NCBI GenBank assembly: GCA_964057225.1
Contig: OZ059896.1
Span: forward strand, 12,896,001-12,960,000
From: Auanema rhodensis
Lineage: Eukaryota; Animalia; Nematoda
Length of the DNA: 64,000 bases
Reading direction: 5' to 3'
Shown here: positions 56,401 to 64,000 of the stretch, one piece after another
How the letters are laid out: each line of letters opens with the position of its first letter
Numbering within the stretch: position 1 is the stretch's first letter
The notes under the pieces: model-generated
The model's database searches: none
What the model was told of the DNA's origin: nothing
Seen by the model: the letters and a program-made list of their open reading frames with translations, nothing else
Made by a program: the position numbers and the translations under genes

Positions 56401-59400
56401 TTCACGTAAACTTCAAAGTCCTGGTTACCATGCACCAATATCAATAAAAATTTGTTCTTAGATTAATATGGACATGGGTAATCTAATTTTGAAAACCGCA
56501 TTTCTTTATCTTTCACGGGAAGCGAGTAACATACCATGTGCATATCACGTGTACAATTAATTAGCATAAATTAAAGTTCACGTTAATTTCAAAGTCATGG
56601 TTACCATGTATCAATAAAAATTTGTTATTAGACTAATATAGACATGAGGAATCTAATTTTGAAAACCGCATCTCTTTATCTTTAACGGGAAGCGAGTTAC
56701 ATACCATGTGCACATCACGTGTACCATTAATTAGCATAAATTAAAGTTCACGTTAATTTCAAAGTCATGGTTACCATGCACCAATATCAATAAAAATTTG
56801 TTCTAAGATTAATATGGACATGGGTCATCTAATTTTGAAAACTGCATTTCTTTATCTTTCACGGGAAGCGAGTTAGATACCATGTGCACATCACGTGTAC
56901 ACTTAATTAGCATAAATTAAAGTTCACGTAAACTTCAAAGTCATGGTTACGATGCACCAATATCAATAAAATTTTGTTATTAGACTAATATGGACATGGG
57001 TAATCTAATTTTGAAAACCGCATTTCTTTATCTTTCACGGGAAGCGAGTTACATACCATGTGCACATCACGTGTACAATTAATTAGCATAAATTAAAGTT
57101 CACGTAAACTTCAAAGTCATGGTTACCACGCACCAATATCAATAAAATTTTGTTATTAGACTAATATGGACATGGGTAATCTAAATTTGAAAACCGCATT
57201 TCTTTATCTTTCACGGGAAGCGAGTTACATACCATGTGCACATCACGTGTACAATTAATTAGCATAAATTAAAGTTCACGTTAATTTCAAAGTCATATTA
57301 CCATGCACCAATATCAATAAAACTTTGTTCTCAGACTAATATGGACATGGGTAATCTAATTTTGAGAACCGCATTTCTTTATCTTTCACGGGAAGCGAGT
57401 TACATACCATGTGCACACCACGTGTACAATTAATTAGCATAAATTAAAGTTCACGTAAAGTTCAAAGTCATGGTTACCATGTATCAATAAAAATTTGTTA
57501 TTAGACTAATATAGACATGAGGAATCTAATTTTGAAAATCGCATCTCTTTATCTTCAACGGGAAGCGAGTTACATACCATGTGCACATCACGTGTACAAT
57601 TAATTAGCATGAATTAAAGTTCACGTAAACTTCAAAGTCCTGGTTACCATGCACCAATATCAATAAAACTTTGTTCTCAGACTAATATGGACATGGGTAA
57701 TCTAATTTTGAGAACCGCATTTCTTTATCTTTCACGGGAAGCGAGTTACATACCATGTGCACAACACGTGTACAATTAATTAGCATAAATTAAAGTTCAC
57801 GTAAAGTTCAAAGTCATGGTTACCATGTATCAATAAAAATTTGTTATTAGACTAATATAGACATGAGGAATCTAATTTTGAAAATCGCATCTCTTTATCT
57901 TTAACGGGAAGCGAGTTACATACCATGTGCACATCACGTGTACAATTAATTAGCATAAATTAAAGTTCACGTTAAGTTCAAAGTCATGGTTACCATGCAC
58001 CAATATCAATAAAATTTTGTTCTTAGACTAATATGGACATGGGTAATCTAATTTTGAAAACCGCATTTCTTTATCTTTCACGGGAAGCGAGTTACATACC
58101 ATGTGCACATCACGTGTACAATTAATTAGCATAAATTAAAGTTCACGTAAAATTAAAAGTCATGGTTACCATGCACCAATATCAATAAAAATTTCTTATT
58201 AGGCTAAAATGGACATGAGGAATCTAATTTTGAGAACCGCATTTCTTTATCTTTCACGGGAAGCGAGTTACATACCATGTGCACATCACGTGTACAATTA
58301 ATTAGCATAAATTAAAGTTCACGTAAATTTCAAAGTCATGGTTACCATTCACCAATATCAATAAAAATTTGTTTTTAGACTAATATGGACATGGGTAATC
58401 TAATTTTGAAAACCGCATCTCTTTATCTTTAACGGGAAGCGAGTTACATACCATGTGCACATCACGTGTACAATTAATTAGCATAAATTAAAGTTAACGT
58501 AAAGTTCAAAGTCATGGTTACCATGCACCAATATCAATAAAATTTTGTTCTTAGACTAATATGGACATGGGTAATCTAATTTTGAAAACCGCATTTCTTT
58601 ATCTTTCACGGGAAGCGAGTTACATACCATGTGCACATCACGTGTACAATTAATTAGCATAAATTAAAGTTCACGTAAAATTAAAAGTCATGGTTACCAT
58701 GCACCAATATCAATAAAAATTTCTTATTAGGCTAAAATGGACATGAGGAATCTAATTTTGAGAACCGCATTTCTTTATTTTTCACGGGAAGCGAGTTACA
58801 TACCATGTGCACATCACGTGTACAATTAATTAGCATAAATTAACGTTCACGTAAATTTCAAAGTCATGGTTACCATTCACCAATATCAATAAAAATTTGT
58901 TTTTAGACTAATATGGACATGGGTAATCTAATTTTGAAAACCGCATCTCTTTATCTTTAACGGGAAGCGAGTTACATACCATGTGCACATCACGTGTACA
59001 ATTAATTAGCATAAATTAAAGTTCACGTTAATTTCAAAGTCATGGTTACCATGCACCAATATCAATAAAATTTTGTTCTTAGACTAATATGGACATGGGT
59101 AATCTAATTTTGAAAACCGCATTTCTTTATCTTTCACGGGAAGCGAGTTACATACCATGTGCACATCACGTGTACAATTAATTAGCATAAATTAAAGTTC
59201 ACGTAAAATTAAAAGTCATGGTTACCATGCACCAATATCAATAAAAATTTCTTATTAGGCTAAAATGGACATGAGGAATCTAATTTTGAGAACCGCATTT
59301 CTTTATCTTTCACGGGAAGCGAGTTACATACCATGTGCACATCACGTGTACAATTAATTAGCATAAATTAAAGTTCACGTTAATTTCAAAGTCATGGTTA

Positions 59401-60900
59401 CCATGCACCAATATCAATAAAATTTTGTTCTTAGACTAATATGGACATGGGTAATCTAATTTTGAAAACCGCATTTCTTTATCTTTCACGGGAAGCGAGT
59501 TACATACCATGTGCACATCACGTGTACAATTAATTAGCATAAATTAAAGTTCACGTAAAATTAAAAGTCATGGTTACCATGCACCAATATCAATAAAAAT
59601 TTCTTATTAGGCTAAAATGGACATGAGGAATCTAATTTTGAGAACCGCATTTCTTTATCTTTCACGGGAAGCGAGTTACATACCATGTGCACATCACGTG
59701 TACAATTAATTAGCATAAATTAAAGTTCACGTAAATTTCAAAGTCATGGTTACCATGTATCAATAAAAATTTGTTATTAGACTAATATAGACATGAGGAA
59801 TCTAATTTTGAAAATCGCATCTCTTTATCTTTAACGGGAAGCGAGTTACATACCATGTGCACATCACGTGTACAATTAATTAGCATAAATTAAAGTTCAC
59901 GTTAATTTCAAAGTCATGGTTACCATGTATCAATAAAAATTTGTTATTAGACTAATATAGACATGAGGAATCTAATTTTGAAAACCGCATCTCTTTATCT
60001 TTAACGGGAAGCGAGTTACATACCATGTGCACATCACGTGTACCATTAATTAGCATAAATTAAAGTTTACGTTAATTTCAAAGTCATGGTTACCATGCAC
60101 CAATATCAATAAAAATTTGTTCTAAGATTAATATGGACATGGGTCATCTAATTTTGAAAACTGCATTTCTTTATCTTTCACGGGAAGCGAGTTACATACC
60201 ATGTGCACATCACGTGTACACTTAATTAGCATAAATTAAAGTTCACGTAAACTTCAAAGTCATGGTTACGATGCACCAATATCAATAAAATTTTGTTATT
60301 AGACTAATATGGACATGGGTAATCTTATTTTGAAAACCGCATCTCTTTATCTTTAACGGGGAGCGAGTTACATACCATGTGCACATCACGTGTACAATTA
60401 ATTAGCATAAATCAAAGTTCACGTAAACTTCAAAGTCCTGGTTACCATGCACCAATATCAATAAAAACTTGTTCTTAGATTAATATGGACATGGGTAATC
60501 TAATTTTGAAAACCGCATTTCTTTATCTTTCACGGGAAGCGAGTAACATACCATGTGCATATCACGTGTACAATTAATTAGCATAAATTAAAGTTCACGT
60601 TAATTTCAAAGTCATGGTTACCATGTATCAATAAAAATTTGTTATTAGACTAATATAGACATGAGGAATCTAATTTTGAAAACCGCATCTCTTTATCTTT
60701 AACGGGAAGCGAGTTACATACCATGTGCACATCACGTGTACCATTAATTAGCATAAATTAAAGTTCACGTTAATTTCAAAGTCATGGTTACCATGCACCA
60801 ATATCAATAAAAATTTGTTCTAAGATTAATATGGACATGGGTCATCTAATTTTGAAAACTGCATTTCTTTATCTTTCACGGGAAGCGAGTTAAATACCAT
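53500..60900 (+). repeat. Second copy of the 12.35-21.0 kb block (long-range duplication within the array)
   Basis: Rare markers recur in the same order with offsets 41167, 40815, 41513, 41689 and 39941; the offsets differ by whole numbers of monomers. Confidence 0.9.
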
Positions 60901-61799
60901 GTGCACATCACGTGTACAATTAATTAGCATAAATTAAAGTTCACGTAAAATTAAAAGTCATGGTTACCATGCACCAATATCAATAAAAATTTGTTCTTAG
61001 ATTAATATGGACATGGGTAATCTAATTTTGAAAACCGCATTTCTTTATCTTTCACGGGAAGCGAGTTACATACCATGTGCACATCACGTGTACAATTAAT
61101 TAGCATAAATTAAAGTTCACGTTAATTTCAAAGTCATGGTTACCATGCACCAATATCAATAAAATTTTGTTCTTAGACTAATATGGACATGGGTAATCTA
61201 ATTTTGAAAACCGCATTTCTTTATCTTTCACGGGAAGCGAGTTACATACCATGTGCACATCACGTGTACAATTAATTAGCATAAATTAAAGTTCACGTAA
61301 AATTAAAAGTCATGGTTACCATGCACCAATATCAATAAAAATTTCTTATTAGGCTAAAATGGACATGAGGAATCTAATTTTGAGAACCGCATTTCTTTAT
61401 CTTTCACGGGAAGCGAGTTACATACCATGTGCACATCACGTGTACAATTAATTAGCATAAATTAAAGTTCACGTAAATTTCAAAGTCATGGTTACCATTC
61501 ACCAATATCAATAAAAATTTGTTTTTAGACTAATATGGATATGGGTAATCTAATTTTGAAAACCGCATCTCTTTATCTTTAACGGGAAGCGAGTTACATA
61601 CCATGTGCATATCACGTGTACAATTAATTAGCATAAATTAAAGTTCACGTTAATTTCAAAGTCATGGTTACCATGCACCAATATCAATAAAAATTTGTTC
61701 TTAGATTAATATGGACATGGGTAATCTAATTTTGAAAACCGCATTTCTTTATCTTTCACGGGAAGCGAGTTACATACCATGTGCACATCACGTGTACAA

Positions 61800-63920
61800 T
61801 TAATTAGCATAAATTAAAGTTCACGTTAATTTCAAAGTCATGGTTACCATGCACCAATATCAATAAAACTTTGTTCTCAGACTAATATGGAAATGGGTAA
61901 TCTAATTTTGAGAACCGCATTTCTTTATCTTTCACGGGAAGCGAGTTACATACCATGTGCACACCACGTGTACAATTAATTAGCATAAATTAAAGTTCAC
62001 GTAAAGTTCAAAGTCATGGTTACCATGTATCAATAAAAATTTGTTATTAGACTAATATAGACATGAGGAATCTAATTTTGAAAATCGCATCTCTTTATCT
62101 TCAACGGGAAGCGAGTTACATACCATGTGCACATCACGTGTACAATTAATTAGCATGAATTAAAGTTCACGTAAACTTCAAAGTCCTGGTTACCATGCAC
62201 CAATATCAATAAAACTTTGTTCTCAGACTAATATGGACATGGGTAATCTAATTTTGAGAACCGCATTTCTTTATCTTTCACGGGAAGCGAGTTACATACC
62301 ATGTGCACAACACGTGTACAATTAATTAGCATAAATTAAAGTTCACGTAAAGTTCAAAGTCATGGTTACCATGTATCAATAAAAATTTGTTATTAGACTA
62401 ATATAGACATGAGGAATCTAATTTTGAAAATCGCATCTCTTTATCTTTAACGGGAAGCGAGTTACATACCATGTGCACATCACGTGTACAATTAATTAGC
62501 ATAAATTAAAGTTCACGTAAAATTAAAAGTCATGGTTACCATGCACCAATATCAATAAAAATTTCTTATTAGGCTAAAATGGACATGAGGAATCTAATTT
62601 TGAGAACCGCATTTCTTTATCTTTCACGGGAAGCGAGTTACATACCATGTGCACATCACGTGTACAATTAATTAGCATAAATTAAAGTTCACGTAAATTT
62701 CAAAGTCATGGTTACCATTCACCAATATCAATAAAAATTTGTTTTTAGACTAATATGGACATGGGTAATCTAATTTTGAAAACCGCATCTCTTTATCTTT
62801 AACGGGAAGCGAGTTACATACCATGTGCACATCACGTGTACAATTAATTAGCATAAATTAAAGTTAACGTAAAGTTCAAAGTCATGGTTACCATGCACCA
62901 ATATCAATAAAATTTTGTTCTTAGACTAATATGGACATGGGTAATCTAATTTTGAAAACCGCATTTCTTTATCTTTCACGGGAAGCGAGTTACATACCAT
63001 GTGCACATCACGTGTACAATTAATTAGCATAAATTAAAGTTCACGTAAAATTAAAAGTCATGGTTACCATGCACCAATATCAATAAAAATTTCTTATTAG
63101 GCTAAAATGGACATGAGGAATCTAATTTTGAGAACCGCATTTCTTTATTTTTCACGGGAAGCGAGTTACATACCATGTGCACATCACGTGTACAATTAAT
63201 TAGCATAAATTAAAGTTCACGTAAATTTCAAAGTCATGGTTACCATTCACCAATATCAATAAAAATTTGTTTTTAGACTAATATGGACATGGGTAATCTA
63301 ATTTTGAAAACCGCATCTCTTTATCTTTAACGGGAAGCGAGTTACATACCATGTGCACATCACGTGTACAATTAATTAGCATAAATTAAAGTTCACGTTA
63401 ATTTCAAAGTCATGGTTACCATGCACCAATATCAATAAAAATTTGTTCTTAGATTAATATGGACATGGGTAATCTAATTTTGAAAACCGCATTTCTTTAT
63501 CTTTCACGGGAAGCGAGTTACATACCATGTGCACATCACGTGTACAATTAATTAGCATAAATTAAAGTTCACGTTAATTTCAAAGTCATGGTTACCATGC
63601 ACCAATATCAATGAAATTTTGTTCTTAGACTAATATGGACATGGGTAATCTAATTTTGAAAACCGCATTTCTTTATCTTTCACGGGAAGCGAGTTACATA
63701 CCATGTGCACATCACGTGTACAATTAATTAGCATAAATTAAAGTTCACGTAAAATTAAAAGTCATGGTTACCATGCACCAATATCAATAAAAATTTCTTA
63801 TTAGGCTAAAATGGACATGAGGAATCTAATTTTGAGAACCGCATTTCTTTATCTTTCACGGGAAGCGAGTTACATACCATGTGCACATCACGTGTACAAT
63901 TAATTAGCATAAATTAAAGT
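61800..63920 (+). repeat. Third partial copy of the 15.75-17.85 kb block
   Basis: GCATGAATT at 16094/62153, CACACCACG at 15901/61960 and TTTATTTTTC at 17085/63144, all at offset 46059. Confidence 0.85.
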
Positions 63921-64000
63921 TCACGTAAATTTCAAAGTCATGGTTACCATGTATCAATAAAAATTTGTTATTAGACTAATATAGACATGAGGAATCTAAT

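Larger units (their letters stand above)
1..64000 (+). repeat. Tandem satellite DNA array, 176-bp monomer with 170- and 175-bp variants, about 365 copies; putative centromeric/pericentromeric satellite
   Basis: TTGA(A/G)AACCG recurs at 1, 177, 353 (period 176) and continues without interruption or strand switch to the end of the window. Approximate consensus: TTGAAAACCGCATTTCTTTATCTTTCACGGGAAGCGAGTTACATACCATGTGCACATCACGTGTACAATTAATTAGCATAAATTAAAGTTCACGTAAATTTCAAAGTCATGGTTACCATGCACCAATATCAATAAAAATTTGTTCTTAGACTAATATGGACATGGGTAATCTAATT. The repeat call is direct; the centromeric assignment is inferred from monomer size, AT content and HORs. Confidence 0.99.

Noticed and set aside
1-64000. CRISPR-like array (conserved block alternating with variable block)
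   Set aside because: The variable parts are allelic versions of one sequence rather than unique spacers, the period is 176 bp, and there are no cas genes or leader.
63990-64000. Window end is almost in phase with window start, suggesting a circular molecule
   Set aside because: It is one base out of phase and the window is a fixed-length cut, so this is a coincidence of monomer lengths.

Overview
The whole 64-kb window is one uninterrupted head-to-tail tandem satellite array of about 365 monomers, all in the same orientation. The monomer is AT-rich (about 32% GC by hand count of one copy) and 176 bp long. Recurrent length variants are 170 bp (6-bp loss, CATGCACCAATATCAA to CATGTATCAA) and 175 bp (GTCATGGTTACC to GTCATATTACC). 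Nucleosome-scale length, high homogeneity and higher-order repeats (HORs) suggest a eukaryotic centromeric or pericentromeric satellite, but I cannot assign the species or a named family. I see no credible genes, RNA genes, CRISPR arrays, transposons or inversions. The single ORF in the track arises from one private SNP. The information lies in the variant pattern: a 14-monomer, 2433-bp HOR at about 2.9-11.8 kb; many short 2- to 10-monomer duplications; 4.4-5.9 kb block repeats; a block of about 8.6 kb re-occurring 40-41.7 kb downstream; two base-resolved rearrangement junctions (649-660 and 44227-44277); and a conserved core of abutting palindromes. I found no protein-coding 'novel system'. 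The best leads concern how the array evolves and whether its palindromic core is functional. All offsets were read by eye from rare marker variants.
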